DNA from: Armatimonadota bacterium
GTDB taxonomy: Bacteria; Armatimonadota; UBA5829; DSUL01
Reading direction: 5' to 3'
NCBI GenBank assembly: GCA_039811685.1
Contig: JBDHZC010000002.1
Coordinates: 645,651-709,650, forward strand
DNA: 64,000 nt
The position numbers and the translations under genes are program-made. The notes beneath the pieces are model-generated. The model saw only the letters and a list, made by a program, of their open reading frames with translations, had not been told where the DNA came from and did no database searches. Each line of letters starts with the position of its first letter. Position 1 is the first letter of the stretch. Below, in pieces: positions 37,489 through 48,059 of the stretch.

Positions 37489-38109
37489 ATGGAAATCGAA
37501 AAAGTCTGGCACGAAGCAACCGAAAGTGTGAAGGACAAGATCATGCAGCCGACGCTGTGGCGAGCGCTTGATCAGGCGGTTCCGGTGACGGTGGAAAAGG
37601 ACGCTTTCGTTGTGGGTTTTGGCGCGGGCTCAATGCATCTTGCGGGGCATCTGACTTCTGCTCAGCACAGGAACATGATCGAAGCGGGCATTGCCGCCAG
37701 CGCCGGCCGCAAATACCGTCTGGTGGTCATTGACGGAACGACTCCCGAGGACTGGAACAGCTACAAAGTCCGCCAGCGCGCCGCTGAAGAGGCGCGGATG
37801 CGCGCGCGGACGCGCGTGGCGGAAGAGCACAAAGCGACACACAACTGGGACAGCGTGCTGGATCAGATCAGCCGCAGCTATTCTCAGTTTCAACTCAGGC
37901 AACTGCCACAGGTGCGGGCGGCGTACCTGGAGCAGGCGCTGGAGCTTATTTCACAGGCGATGGATGAGCTCTACGACGAAAACGACCCCGACGAAACGGC
38001 ACAGAGAGCGCTGGCCAGAGTGATTGACCGGGTCGGCGTAAATACAGATTCTCCTCCGGCGTTGATTGCCCTTGAGTTGATGAGACGCCGAAAGACTGGG
38101 AAGGGATAG
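37489..38109 (+). CDS. Hypothetical protein; N-terminus resembles DnaA domain I / KH-like fold
   Basis: MEIEKVWHEATESVKDKI...LWRAL..AVPVTVEKDAFVVG pattern; good promoter upstream. Confidence 0.7.
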   Translation: MEIEKVWHEATESVKDKIMQPTLWRALDQAVPVTVEKDAFVVGFGAGSMHLAGHLTSAQHRNMIEAGIAASAGRKYRLVVIDGTTPEDWNSYKVRQRAAEEARMRARTRVAEEHKATHNWDSVLDQISRSYSQFQLRQLPQVRAAYLEQALELISQAMDELYDENDPDETAQRALARVIDRVGVNTDSPPALIALELMRRRKTGKG

Positions 38110-38197
38110 AAGCTCCAATCGTTCGCCTTGCGCGCAGTGTTGAGCGAAGCTTCGGCCCGGCGTCTGTGAGCTGCGGGCGAGAGTGCGAATAGTCCCT

Positions 38198-38914
38198 ATG
38201 CGTCAAAATCGCCCTGGCTTCACACTGATAGAGCTGCTTGTGGTAATCGCTATTATCGCGATTCTGGCGGCGATCCTGTTTCCGGTTTTTGCCAGGGCAA
38301 AGGCTTCAGCCCAGAAGTCCGTATGCCAGTCCAATCTGAAACAGATATCCAACGGCTTTCTTATGTACGCAGATGACTGGAAGGGATTCTTCCCGGCTGA
38401 CGTAGCCAATCCGTGGTTTCTGGCGGGGCGGTACTGGCGCTGGCCGCTCAAGCCCTACATTGCGCAGTCTCTCAGCCGCGATCCCGCTCAGCAGGCGGAC
38501 GCCCTCAAATCTAACCGCGCGAACGGAGTGCTGAAGTGTCCGGCGGATTCGCTGGCGGACGGGAAGTACGACGGAACGTCCTACTGTTACTCCGCGTCCT
38601 TTTATCACAGCGCGGAGCAGGCGAAGACGCTTTCTCTGGCGACACTGGGGACGACGCCGGTCTCGCCACAGAATCAGGGCGCTGTAGAGTATCCATCGCA
38701 GAAGATTATGGTAGGGGAATGGCTGTCCAACCACGAAGGCCCGCGTCTGGACTGGTGGGCCAATCCACCTTCGGGAGCGCGGGTCTATGCGTTTGCGGAC
38801 GGGCATGTGGCCTGGATCAAGGGCAGCGCCATTCTGCCGTCAAACGATCCCTCACATGCGCCGATGGACGCCAACCTCACAGTAGGAGGCATAGCAGGAC
38901 GAGATGTCTATTGA
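38198..38914 (+). CDS. Prepilin-type N-terminal cleavage/methylation protein (DUF1559, H-X9-DG)
   Basis: GFTLIELLVVIAIIAILAAILFPVFARA, C.SNLKQI, CPAD, YAFADGHV. Confidence 0.93.
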   Translation: MRQNRPGFTLIELLVVIAIIAILAAILFPVFARAKASAQKSVCQSNLKQISNGFLMYADDWKGFFPADVANPWFLAGRYWRWPLKPYIAQSLSRDPAQQADALKSNRANGVLKCPADSLADGKYDGTSYCYSASFYHSAEQAKTLSLATLGTTPVSPQNQGAVEYPSQKIMVGEWLSNHEGPRLDWWANPPSGARVYAFADGHVAWIKGSAILPSNDPSHAPMDANLTVGGIAGRDVY

Positions 38915-41459
38915 CGCAGTGTCTATTTTAGCGGCCGGATTCCTTTGCGCGATGGCTGCCGCAGCAGCGGCAGAGCCGGGCACGTCTTTTCAGACTGCTC
39001 AGCCCTGGAGCCCGGAGCACGACATTCGCTCCGAGGCCGCCATCGTGTACTCCAGCGACAAAGAGACCATGGATTCCTGGGCCCGCCACGGCTATCAGGT
39101 GCAGACGATGGGCGGGTTTCGCCTGGGTCCAGACTTCGCATCTCAACACCCGGAGGACGTGCAGACCGCCAGAGACGGCACGCAACTCACCTGCGGGCCG
39201 GGCAGCTTCTACCTGGCGCCCACCGAGCGGCGCGTACAGGCGATGGTGAACTTCTTCCTGCAGGCTATACGCAACGGATCAACCGCTGTAATACCCGAGG
39301 AGCCGGAATACTTTGCGAGCGCGGGTTATGAGCAGAGTTTCAAAGACGCATGGCAACGCGAGTACGGACAGCCGTGGGAAGCGCCAGATGCTTCGATGGA
39401 TGCGCGTATCAAGGCTGAGCGGCTGAAGGGCAAGCTGGAGCTTCATATGATCCGCTCAATCCTGCAGGCGGCTGAGCGTGAGAAGGCGGATGTCCGGCGG
39501 ATGGTGGCGCACCACAGTCCGCTTAACTATCACTCCTGGGGCATCTCCTTTCCGTTTGACGATTTCCGCATGATGCCTGAGCTGCAGGAGGTGATTGGAC
39601 AGGTGTGGACCGGCACGGCGCGCTCACCCGTGATGTACAGGGGCCAGTTGCGCGAGCGCACCTTTGAAAACGCGCTGCTGGAATACTCCTCGCTCGTGGA
39701 GTTGTATCGGGAATCGGGCAAGCGGCTGTGGTTTCTGGCGGACCCACTGGAAGACAGCCCGGACCGCACAATGGAGGACTACCGCACCAACTACTCCCAT
39801 ACGCTGGTGGCGAGCCTGTTGTTCACAGAAGTCAACGCTTATGAACTGCTGCCCTGGCCGAACCGCATCTTCGGGCGCATTCCGCCCGAATACGCAACGG
39901 CGCTTGGAGCGGCTTTTCACGCGCTTGGAGATATCTCAAAGCAGCCAACTGAGCCCGGACCCAGATCAGATTTGGGAGTGTTCACAGGGGATTCCGCGGC
40001 GTATCAGCGCGCTGAGCCGCACGCAAGCGACCTGACTGGCTTCTACGGCCTCAGCATGCCCTTTGTGTATAAAGGGGTGCCCGTGCGAGTAGCGCCGATC
40101 GAGCGCAGTACGGACGGGGCTTATCTGGATTCTTTCAAGGTGCTGGCGCTCAGCTACGACTACTTCAAGCCCATGAAGCCGGAGTACAACACGGCCATTG
40201 CAAAATGGGTGAAGAACGGCGGGCGCCTGCTTCTCGTTGGCGGGTCGAACGCTTACAATCAGGCCAATCAGTGGTGGAAGCAACAGGGGTTCTCTTCGCC
40301 GGATGAGCATCTGTTGAAGGAGCTTGGGCTGAGTGTGAAGCTCTCTGCGGGTCAGAAGCAGGAGGAAGAGCGCTACGGAGAGTTGATGCGCGAGAAAAAC
40401 CGCGTCACGGACATGTCTAACGAAGCGCAGGTGGAGATACCGCTACAGGAGAGGCCTGAAAACGTACTGGTGCGCTTCAGTGATTCGTTGCCTGCGGATG
40501 GCTGGGGCGCGAACGTGAGCCGAATCGCAATTGAGACTGAGGCGGGCAAGGAGACTATTACTCCAGGCAGCAAGGCGGAGAAGGAGATACTCTACACAGA
40601 TGCGGGCTCGTCGCTCGGCAAATTTGGGCGCTTTGCAGACGGCTCTCGCAGCTTCACGTACCTTTTCCGGAACACCCGGGAGGCAAAGTCCATCTCCATC
40701 ACCGTAAGCAACCAGGCGCTTGTGGAGTGGAGAACAATCTCGGATGCGCAGCTTGCCCGGGGCGAAAAGGACCGGCGCACAGCCTATGCCACCACAGCTT
40801 TCAAGTCTTCCGATGCCACTGTGATGCCGTTTGAGCGCGAAACAGACGCCTGGGGCAGCCATATCAGCTCCAGAGGCTTCATTGCGGCTGTGGGAAAAGG
40901 AAGCGTGGAGTTTCTGGATCTGCCCGCTGAAGCCTTTGCTCACGAAGCTGGACCAATTCTGCTGGAGGCGGCCGGTGACGCCTATGCGGCGAACAACCAG
41001 ACGCTTCCCGTACAGGGCGCATTCCAGGTGAAGCGCGGCGATTATGTTGCGGCGCATGCGCAAAGCGAGACCCTGACACTGGAAGGCAAGTATGTCGATC
41101 TGCTGAACGACAAACTGCCAGTGCTGAGCAATCCGGCGGTCAAGCCGGGTGAGTCCCGCTTCTTCCGGGAGTGGACTGCTTCCAGACAGCCAGCTCTCGT
41201 TGCCGGGGGCTACCAGTGGAGGCTGACACGCTCTGATGAGATTCAGATGAGCTTTGAGCAGCAGGGACCGGCCGGGGTGACAATGGCTGCCCGCATTGAT
41301 ACCGCCGGGCGCAAAATCGGCAAGGTGTTTGTCAAAGACGCAGACGGGAAAATGCTTTCAGCGCAGAGCTCGCAGCAGGGAGATTCGGCCTATGTCAGCT
41401 TTGCCCGCAAGGAGGCCGGCCCTCTGACGGTAAGCCTTGTGTGGAAAGCAGCGCGCTGA
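38904..41459 (+). CDS. Secreted putative glycoside hydrolase (TIM barrel plus GH42-like trimerisation domain)
   Basis: Signal peptide; PEEPEY; FKDAWQREYGQPW; FKVLALSYD...AIAKWVKNGGRLLLVG. Confidence 0.6.
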   Translation: MSIDAVSILAAGFLCAMAAAAAAEPGTSFQTAQPWSPEHDIRSEAAIVYSSDKETMDSWARHGYQVQTMGGFRLGPDFASQHPEDVQTARDGTQLTCGPGSFYLAPTERRVQAMVNFFLQAIRNGSTAVIPEEPEYFASAGYEQSFKDAWQREYGQPWEAPDASMDARIKAERLKGKLELHMIRSILQAAEREKADVRRMVAHHSPLNYHSWGISFPFDDFRMMPELQEVIGQVWTGTARSPVMYRGQLRERTFENALLEYSSLVELYRESGKRLWFLADPLEDSPDRTMEDYRTNYSHTLVASLLFTEVNAYELLPWPNRIFGRIPPEYATALGAAFHALGDISKQPTEPGPRSDLGVFTGDSAAYQRAEPHASDLTGFYGLSMPFVYKGVPVRVAPIERSTDGAYLDSFKVLALSYDYFKPMKPEYNTAIAKWVKNGGRLLLVGGSNAYNQANQWWKQQGFSSPDEHLLKELGLSVKLSAGQKQEEERYGELMREKNRVTDMSNEAQVEIPLQERPENVLVRFSDSLPADGWGANVSRIAIETEAGKETITPGSKAEKEILYTDAGSSLGKFGRFADGSRSFTYLFRNTREAKSISITVSNQALVEWRTISDAQLARGEKDRRTAYATTAFKSSDATVMPFERETDAWGSHISSRGFIAAVGKGSVEFLDLPAEAFAHEAGPILLEAAGDAYAANNQTLPVQGAFQVKRGDYVAAHAQSETLTLEGKYVDLLNDKLPVLSNPAVKPGESRFFREWTASRQPALVAGGYQWRLTRSDEIQMSFEQQGPAGVTMAARIDTAGRKIGKVFVKDADGKMLSAQSSQQGDSAYVSFARKEAGPLTVSLVWKAAR

Positions 41460-41608
41460 GCGGAGGCGCGAAGGCGCAGGGTCCTGGTGAGGGTATAGAG
41501 GCAATGGGCGTCATGCTTTGCCGAGGGGACCCATAGCGCCAGAGGCAGATTGCGATGAGCTTTGGCGAGGCCGGATCATGCGGCTGACATCGAACAATAG
41601 AAAGGTTT

Positions 41609-42052
41609 GTGCTCTTGGTTAACATCACCGTAAACTATCTGGGGGAGCTTCACTGCGAAGCCGTCCACGGGCCCTCCGGCATGCGTCTGGTGACGGACGC
41701 ACCGGTGGACAATATGGGAAAGGGAGAGTCTTTCTCCCCGTCTGACCTTACCGCGACCTCGCTGCTAACCTGTATCCTGACGACGATGGGCATCGTAGCG
41801 GGCCGCCACGACATTCCGCTGACCGGGGCAACGGGGCACGTGACCAAGGAGATGACCTCCAAAGGACAGCGGCGCATCGCGCGGCTTGCCGTCACCATTG
41901 CCGTACCCCAGGACCTGACAGAAGAACAGCGCCAGCTTATGGAGACGACCGCGCACACATGCCCGGTCCGCAAGAGCCTGAGCGAGGAAATTGAGGTCCC
42001 CATGGAGTTCCGGTGGGGGCCGGGCGCGAAAGCTATCATCGAGGGCTTATAG
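41609..42052 (+). CDS. OsmC-family protein
   Basis: TDAPVDNMGKGESFSPSDL...C...CPVRKSL. Confidence 0.92.
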   Translation: MLLVNITVNYLGELHCEAVHGPSGMRLVTDAPVDNMGKGESFSPSDLTATSLLTCILTTMGIVAGRHDIPLTGATGHVTKEMTSKGQRRIARLAVTIAVPQDLTEEQRQLMETTAHTCPVRKSLSEEIEVPMEFRWGPGAKAIIEGL

Positions 42053-42054
42053 AA

Positions 42055-43065
42055 ATGGCCGCGGCTGGAGCGCTGAAGATGCGGGCTATGACTCTCAAAG
42101 CTCCGCGTCAGCCTCTGGAGCTGCGGGAGCTTCCGATTCCCGAGCCTGGACCGGGTGAGCTTCTCATCCGGGTACACGCGTGCGGAGTCTGCCGTACGGA
42201 CCTGCATGTCGTTGACGGTGAGCTTGACAATCCCAAACTGCCGCTGATTCCCGGGCACGAGATTGTGGGGCGGGTGGTTGCGGTTGGCGCAGGCGCGCAG
42301 GGCTTTGCGCCGGGCGATCGAGTTGGCGCGGCGTGGTTGGGTTGGACCTGCGGGCAGTGCCGGTTCTGCCTGTCCGGCCGCGAGAATCTCTGTGAATCCG
42401 CCAGGTTTACGGGCTATACGCTTGACGGGGGTTACGCAGACTACACCGTATCGGACGCGCGTTTCACGTTTCATATTGCCGACGGGCTGGACGATAAACA
42501 GAGCGCGCCACTGCTCTGCGCAGGGCTTATCGGCTATCGCTCTCTGAGAATGGCTGGGGACCCTCAGCGGCTGGGGCTGTACGGCTTTGGCGCGTCAGCG
42601 CACATTATCTGTCAGATTGCGCGGTGGCAGGGCAGGCGCGTCTTTGCCTTTACCCGGCCGGGTGATAAAGACGGGCAGGCTTTCGCGCGGTCGCTTGGCG
42701 CCGAGTGGGCGGGCGCATCGGACGAAGCGCCACCAGAGCAACTGGACGCCGCAATTATCTTCGCCCCGGTCGGCGCGCTTGTCCCCGCCGCGCTGAGGGC
42801 TGTTGACAAGGGCGGTGTGGTCGTTTGCGCGGGTATTCATATGTCCGATATCCCCGCCTTCCCCTACAGGATTCTCTGGGAGGAGCGCTCCGTCCGCTCT
42901 GTCGCCAACCTGACGCGTCAGGACGGAGACGAACTGCTCGCGCTGGCTCCCAAAGCGCAGGTCCAGACTCATGTGGAGATTTTTGCGCTGGAGCAGGCCA
43001 ACGAGGCGCTGGAGCGGCTGCGCTCCGGCAGGATTACCGGCGCGGCTGTGCTGAGTATGCTGTGA
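42055..43065 (+). CDS. Zinc-dependent alcohol dehydrogenase
   Basis: [23 protein letters not shown]...C, GLYGFGAS. Confidence 0.95.
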   Translation: MAAAGALKMRAMTLKAPRQPLELRELPIPEPGPGELLIRVHACGVCRTDLHVVDGELDNPKLPLIPGHEIVGRVVAVGAGAQGFAPGDRVGAAWLGWTCGQCRFCLSGRENLCESARFTGYTLDGGYADYTVSDARFTFHIADGLDDKQSAPLLCAGLIGYRSLRMAGDPQRLGLYGFGASAHIICQIARWQGRRVFAFTRPGDKDGQAFARSLGAEWAGASDEAPPEQLDAAIIFAPVGALVPAALRAVDKGGVVVCAGIHMSDIPAFPYRILWEERSVRSVANLTRQDGDELLALAPKAQVQTHVEIFALEQANEALERLRSGRITGAAVLSML

Positions 43066-43084
43066 GAGCAGGGGAGAGTCTGCA

Positions 43085-44350
43085 ATAGCGCGCATCGTTC
43101 TGGCGACTTTTGGCACGCTGGGCGATCTGCACCCGACACTGGCGATTGCGCTGGAGCTGAAACGGCGCTCTCACGAGCCTGTTATCGCCACCAGCGCCTT
43201 CTACCGCGAAAAGGTGGAGGCGGCAGGTATCTCCTTTCACCATGCCCCTCCTGAGCTACCATCCGTGGAACAGGCGCCGGAGGTTTTGCGGCGAACTCTG
43301 CACGTCAAGCATGGCACAGAGCGGCTCTTCAAAGAGATGGTCATGCCGCACTTGCGTGAGAGTTTCGAGGCGCTGATGGCGGTGGAAGCCGACCTGTTTG
43401 TCGCTCACCCTCTCACATTCGCGGTGTCTATGGCGGCGGAAAAGCGCGCTCTGCCATGGGCCTCCAGCGTTCTTGCGCCGATCTCCATGTTCTCAGCCTG
43501 GGACCCGAGCCTGTTGACGCCGGCTCCGTGGGCGCTCGGGATACGGCGGTCCGGTCCACGGGTTTACGCGGCTGCTCAGCGCTTCCTGCAGGTATTCATC
43601 CGGTCCTGGAGCTCAGAAGTTTTCAAGCTCCGCACAGAGCTGGGGTTGGCGCCACCGCACGGGAACCCGTTGATGGAGGGGCAGCACTCCCCTTTTCTGG
43701 TGCTGGCGCTGTTTTCAAAGGCGCTTGCCGCCCCGCAACCGGACTGGCCGAAGCAGACTGTGCAAACAGGCTACTGTTTCTACGACGCCCTGACACCGGG
43801 GCAGGGGATCAGCGCACAGTTGGATGATTTTCTGAATAGCGGCGAGCCGCCGATCGTGTTTACACTGGGCTCTTCAATAGTGCTTGATCCGGGTGAGTTT
43901 TTCGCTGAGAGCGCAAAGGCAGCCGCCTCAATCGGAAGGCGAGCAGTGCTGCTGGTCGGACCTGGAGGGGCTTCGTCTCTATCCGGGAAGCTGCCGGAGG
44001 GCGTTGCCGTGGCTGACTATGCCCCGTTCGGCGCGCTCTTTCCCAGGGCTTCAGCGGTGGTTCATCAGGGCGGAGCAGGGACAACCGGGCAGGCTTTGAG
44101 GGCTGGAAAACCCATGTTGGTTGTGCCGTTTGCTCACGACCAGCCGGACAACGCCCTCAGGGTCCAGCGGCTGGGAATCGGGCGGGCTCTGGCTAGAAAA
44201 CGCTACACCGCCAGAAACGCGAAGCGCGAGTTGACACGTCTGTTGGAGGACCCGGCCTACCTGAGCCACGCCAAAGCGGCGGCAGAGCTTGTGGCAAAGG
44301 AAGATGGCCCCCGCGCCGCGTGTGATGCGCTTGAGTGTCTGCTGCGGTAA
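43085..44350 (+). CDS. GT1-family (UDP) glycosyltransferase, apparently starting at ATA
   Basis: In-frame upstream extension (I)ARIVLATFGTLGDLHP; FTLGS; VVHQGGAGTT; PFAHDQPDNA. Confidence 0.88.
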   Translation: MARIVLATFGTLGDLHPTLAIALELKRRSHEPVIATSAFYREKVEAAGISFHHAPPELPSVEQAPEVLRRTLHVKHGTERLFKEMVMPHLRESFEALMAVEADLFVAHPLTFAVSMAAEKRALPWASSVLAPISMFSAWDPSLLTPAPWALGIRRSGPRVYAAAQRFLQVFIRSWSSEVFKLRTELGLAPPHGNPLMEGQHSPFLVLALFSKALAAPQPDWPKQTVQTGYCFYDALTPGQGISAQLDDFLNSGEPPIVFTLGSSIVLDPGEFFAESAKAAASIGRRAVLLVGPGGASSLSGKLPEGVAVADYAPFGALFPRASAVVHQGGAGTTGQALRAGKPMLVVPFAHDQPDNALRVQRLGIGRALARKRYTARNAKRELTRLLEDPAYLSHAKAAAELVAKEDGPRAACDALECLLR

Positions 44351-44380
44351 GAGGGGACTGTCCCCCAGCGCTGTTTCAGG

Positions 44381-47300
44381 CTACAGCAGGGCCAGGGCCT
44401 CGACGCCGAGCAGACTCTGGACTTCGCGCGCCAGATCTCCGGTCACCCGCACTCGCATATCGGAGAGCACTGTGCGCTCACTGCCGTTTGTCCCGATCTT
44501 GAAGAAGACGGGGGAATCTCCGCGGTGCTGCTCCAGCAGGTCTTTGAGCAGAGGCAGCCGCTGACGGCACCGCGCACTCAGGCGGATGGTCAGAGCGCCG
44601 CTGGACTCCAGAAGCTGCGCCGGGGACTGTCCAAGCGCGTCCTCTTCAGCCGACTCTTTCTGCAGAGGCTCTATAGACTCGCACATGAGCTCCGCCGGCC
44701 CTTTTTCCTCCGACCCGGCCCGGGAATCCGTGTGCTGTACTTTACCCGAGATGACGACTATATTGTCCCGCTGAATCAGATATTCGGACGTGGCGTAGAG
44801 GCGCGGGAAAGCGATGGCGCGGGCAACTCCGGTGAGATCTTCCAGTGTAAAGGAGGCCATTTTCTCCTGCTTGGCCCGCGTGAGATACTGCCGGACGTTT
44901 GTGATGACCCCACCGATTGTGCACATCTCCCCATCTTCAAGCTGAGCCATGGAGGCAGCAGTCTGACTACAGCGCTTCTGAAGCAGCGGGGCGACAGCGT
45001 TGAGAGGGTGATCGCTGACGTAGAGACCCAGCAGATCGCGCTCCATAGCCAGAAGCTCCGAGCGCTCATATTCCCCGCACGATGGCAACGCGATAGTGAA
45101 GCTGCTCAGCAGGTCTTCTTCACTGTCTTCAAACAGCCCACCCTGTCCGGCATTGGCGGTGCGGTTGGACCTGGAGACTTTGGCCAGCACGTCTTCGCAG
45201 CACTCGACAATCTCGCGTCGGCACGGATGCAGGCTGTCCAGAGCGCCTACCTTCGCCAGACACTCAAACGCCGACCGGTTGAAACCCTGAATCTGACCGG
45301 CTCGAACAGCGAAGTCCGACAGTGATTTGAAAGCGCCGCCGGTCTTTCGCTCCTCCACTATAGCTTCGACCAGCCCTTTGCCACAGTTCTTGATAGCCGC
45401 AAGCCCGAAACGGATGCTCCTCTGCTGCTCTCCAATGGAGAAGCCGGCTTCGGAATGGTTGACATCCGGAGGGAGAATCTCCAGTCCCAGGCGGCGCGCC
45501 TCCTCCACGTACATCGCCACCTTGTCCTGATTTTCAGCATGACAGGCGAGCAGCGCCGTCAGGTACTCCACGGTGTAGTTGGCTTTTAGATAGGCTGTCT
45601 GGTAGGCGACCGTGCCGTAGCACACCGCGTGCGCTTTGTTGAAGGCGTATCCGGCAAAGGGTTCGATCAGGTCGAAGATGCGGGTTGCGATCTCCTGTTT
45701 GATCCCGTTGTCCACAGCGCCGTCCACAAAGTTCTGGCGCTCCTGGGCCATTTTGACCGGGTCCTTCTTGCCCATCGCCCGCCGGAGAATATCCGCATGG
45801 CCCAGGCTGAAACCGGCGATTGCGCGCACGATCATCATGACCTGGTCCTGATAGACAATGATGCCGTAGGTCTCTTCGAGAATGTCCTTGAGACTCTCGT
45901 GCATGTAGTCCACTTTAGTGCGGCCGAACTTGTTGGAGATGTAGCGCGGGATATGCGCCATAGGGCCCGGACGGTACAGGGCGACAAGCGCGGAGAGCTC
46001 CGCTATGCTCTGCGGTTTGAGCTCCCGGACGCTGCGGCGCATTCCTTCTGACTCAAGCTGAAAGAGACCGGTCGTCTCCGCGCGAGCAAGCATTTCGTAG
46101 GCTTTGGCATCGTCAGCCGGGATGTCCTGAAGCTCGATGCGCATCCCTTGAGTCTCGGCAATCAGATTCAGGCACTTCTGAATGATGGAGAGGTTTATCA
46201 GGCCCAGGAAGTCCATTTTCAGCAGCCCGATCTTGCCCACATCGTTCATGTCGTACTGCGTGATATACCCGCCGTCCGGAGACCGCTGAAGCGGAACGTT
46301 CTCGACAAGAGGGTCGCGGGTGATGAGAACGCCGGCCGCGTGGGTAGAGGAGTGCCGGGCTATGCCCTCCAGCTTCCTTGCCATATCAATGAGCGTTTTT
46401 GAAGCTGGCTGTTTGGAATACTCCTGGCGCAGATCCGGGTTGTCCTCCATCGCCTGGTCAATCGTGATGCCAACAGGCAGGGACGGAATCATTTTTGCCA
46501 GCCGGTCTGCCTCAGAAAGAGAAACCTCCGTGGCGCGGGCTGCATCGCGGATGGCCGCCTTCGCACCCAGCGTTCCGAATGTAATGATCTGCGCGACGTG
46601 GTCGCGCCCGTACTGGTTCTGGACGTATTCGATCACCTCTGAGCGCCGGTCGTCCTGAAAGTCGAAGTCCACATCCGGCATCTGAATGCGCTCCGGATTC
46701 AGGAAGCGCTCGAAGGTGAGCTTGTGGAAGATGGGATCCACGCTGGTGATTCCCAGACAGTAGCAGACCAGAGAACCGGCTGCGGAGCCCCGCACGCCCG
46801 CCATGATGGAGTTGCTGCGGGCAAAGGAGGCGAAGTCCTGGACAATGAGTAGATACTTGGCGAATCCGCACTTAATGATGACGTCCAGCTCGTACTCCAG
46901 GCGCTCCCGGATCTCCGCTCCTGCGTTCGGATAGCGTCGCTCCAGCCCTTCCAGCGCCGAGATCCGAAGGTGCTCCTCCGGCGTGCGGTTGTGCGGGATC
47001 GGAAGATCTGGAAGATGCTGCCGGCCAAACTCAAGCTCCAGATTGCAGCGCTCGGCGATCTCTACTGTGCGCTCCAGCGCTCCCGGGTAGTCCTTGAAGC
47101 GCGCGGCCATCTCCGCCACGTCCTTGAAGAAAAACTCCTGAGAGCTGAACTTCATCCGGGAAGGGTTTGAGCGGGTGGCTCCAGTTTGAATGCACAGCAG
47201 GACGTCGTGCGGATCGGCATCATCCGCGTTCAGATAGTGGACATCATTGGTGGCGACAAGCGGCGCGCCGAACTTCTCGGACTGTCGTATGAGAAACTCG

Positions 47301-47866
47301 TTGACCTTCCTCTGCTCGATAATATCGTGATCTTGAAGCTCGAGGAAGTAGTTGTCGCGTCCGAATATCTCCTGGTGCTCGGCTATCGTGCGCAGGGCCT
47401 CCTTGTCCTGGCCTTCCATGACCTGCTGCGCCACCTCTCCGGCCAGACAGCTTGAGAGACAGATTAGACCCTCGGAGTGCGCCTGGAGAGTCTCGCGGTC
47501 CACGCGCGGCTTGTAGTAGTAGCCTTCCAGGTGGGAGATCGTGACGAGCTTGAGCAGGTTCTTGTAGCCGGTCTCGTTGGCGGCAAGCAGCAGCAGGTGG
47601 TAGTATTTCCCACCTCCGCGATTCTCCCGTTGCAGACGGCTGCCGCGGGCAACATACACCTCGCACCCGATGATGGGTTTGATGCCTTCGGCTTTGGCGG
47701 CTTCGTAGAACTGAATGGCGCCATACATCACTCCATGATCGGTCAGGGCGACCGCGGGCATCTGAAGGTCAGCGGCTTTTCTGACCATCTGTCTGATGCG
47801 GCATGCGCCGTCCAGAAGGCTATACTCGGAGTGTGCGTGGAGATGAACGAACTGCGTTGACGCCAT
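44381..47866 (-). CDS. dnaE: DNA polymerase III alpha subunit
   Basis: FVHLHAHSEYSLLDGA PHP domain; RGSAAGS; MPDVDFDF; KMDFLGL; YAFNKAHA. Confidence 0.98.
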   Translation of the reverse strand: MASTQFVHLHAHSEYSLLDGACRIRQMVRKAADLQMPAVALTDHGVMYGAIQFYEAAKAEGIKPIIGCEVYVARGSRLQRENRGGGKYYHLLLLAANETGYKNLLKLVTISHLEGYYYKPRVDRETLQAHSEGLICLSSCLAGEVAQQVMEGQDKEALRTIAEHQEIFGRDNYFLELQDHDIIEQRKVNEFLIRQSEKFGAPLVATNDVHYLNADDADPHDVLLCIQTGATRSNPSRMKFSSQEFFFKDVAEMAARFKDYPGALERTVEIAERCNLELEFGRQHLPDLPIPHNRTPEEHLRISALEGLERRYPNAGAEIRERLEYELDVIIKCGFAKYLLIVQDFASFARSNSIMAGVRGSAAGSLVCYCLGITSVDPIFHKLTFERFLNPERIQMPDVDFDFQDDRRSEVIEYVQNQYGRDHVAQIITFGTLGAKAAIRDAARATEVSLSEADRLAKMIPSLPVGITIDQAMEDNPDLRQEYSKQPASKTLIDMARKLEGIARHSSTHAAGVLITRDPLVENVPLQRSPDGGYITQYDMNDVGKIGLLKMDFLGLINLSIIQKCLNLIAETQGMRIELQDIPADDAKAYEMLARAETTGLFQLESEGMRRSVRELKPQSIAELSALVALYRPGPMAHIPRYISNKFGRTKVDYMHESLKDILEETYGIIVYQDQVMMIVRAIAGFSLGHADILRRAMGKKDPVKMAQERQNFVDGAVDNGIKQEIATRIFDLIEPFAGYAFNKAHAVCYGTVAYQTAYLKANYTVEYLTALLACHAENQDKVAMYVEEARRLGLEILPPDVNHSEAGFSIGEQQRSIRFGLAAIKNCGKGLVEAIVEERKTGGAFKSLSDFAVRAGQIQGFNRSAFECLAKVGALDSLHPCRREIVECCEDVLAKVSRSNRTANAGQGGLFEDSEEDLLSSFTIALPSCGEYERSELLAMERDLLGLYVSDHPLNAVAPLLQKRCSQTAASMAQLEDGEMCTIGGVITNVRQYLTRAKQEKMASFTLEDLTGVARAIAFPRLYATSEYLIQRDNIVVISGKVQHTDSRAGSEEKGPAELMCESIEPLQKESAEEDALGQSPAQLLESSGALTIRLSARCRQRLPLLKDLLEQHRGDSPVFFKIGTNGSERTVLSDMRVRVTGDLAREVQSLLGVEALALL

Positions 47867-48059
47867 AAAAATCGGCCTGAGAGACTCCTTTCTGAGGTAG
47901 GCTGCCGATCAGCCGGGCACTGTGAGCGCAGAATGAACAGCGACGCCAAGGCGTACCCAGCCTGCGCTTCACTGCCCGCAACCGGCAGCCTCTATTCTAC
48001 GAAGTCCGGCTCCGTTTTTCCAGTCATGGAGGGAGCTTTTTCTAAGTTGTCGATTGCTT

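Noticed and set aside
44381..47866. Intein in dnaE
   Set aside because: Length is normal and no intein motifs are seen
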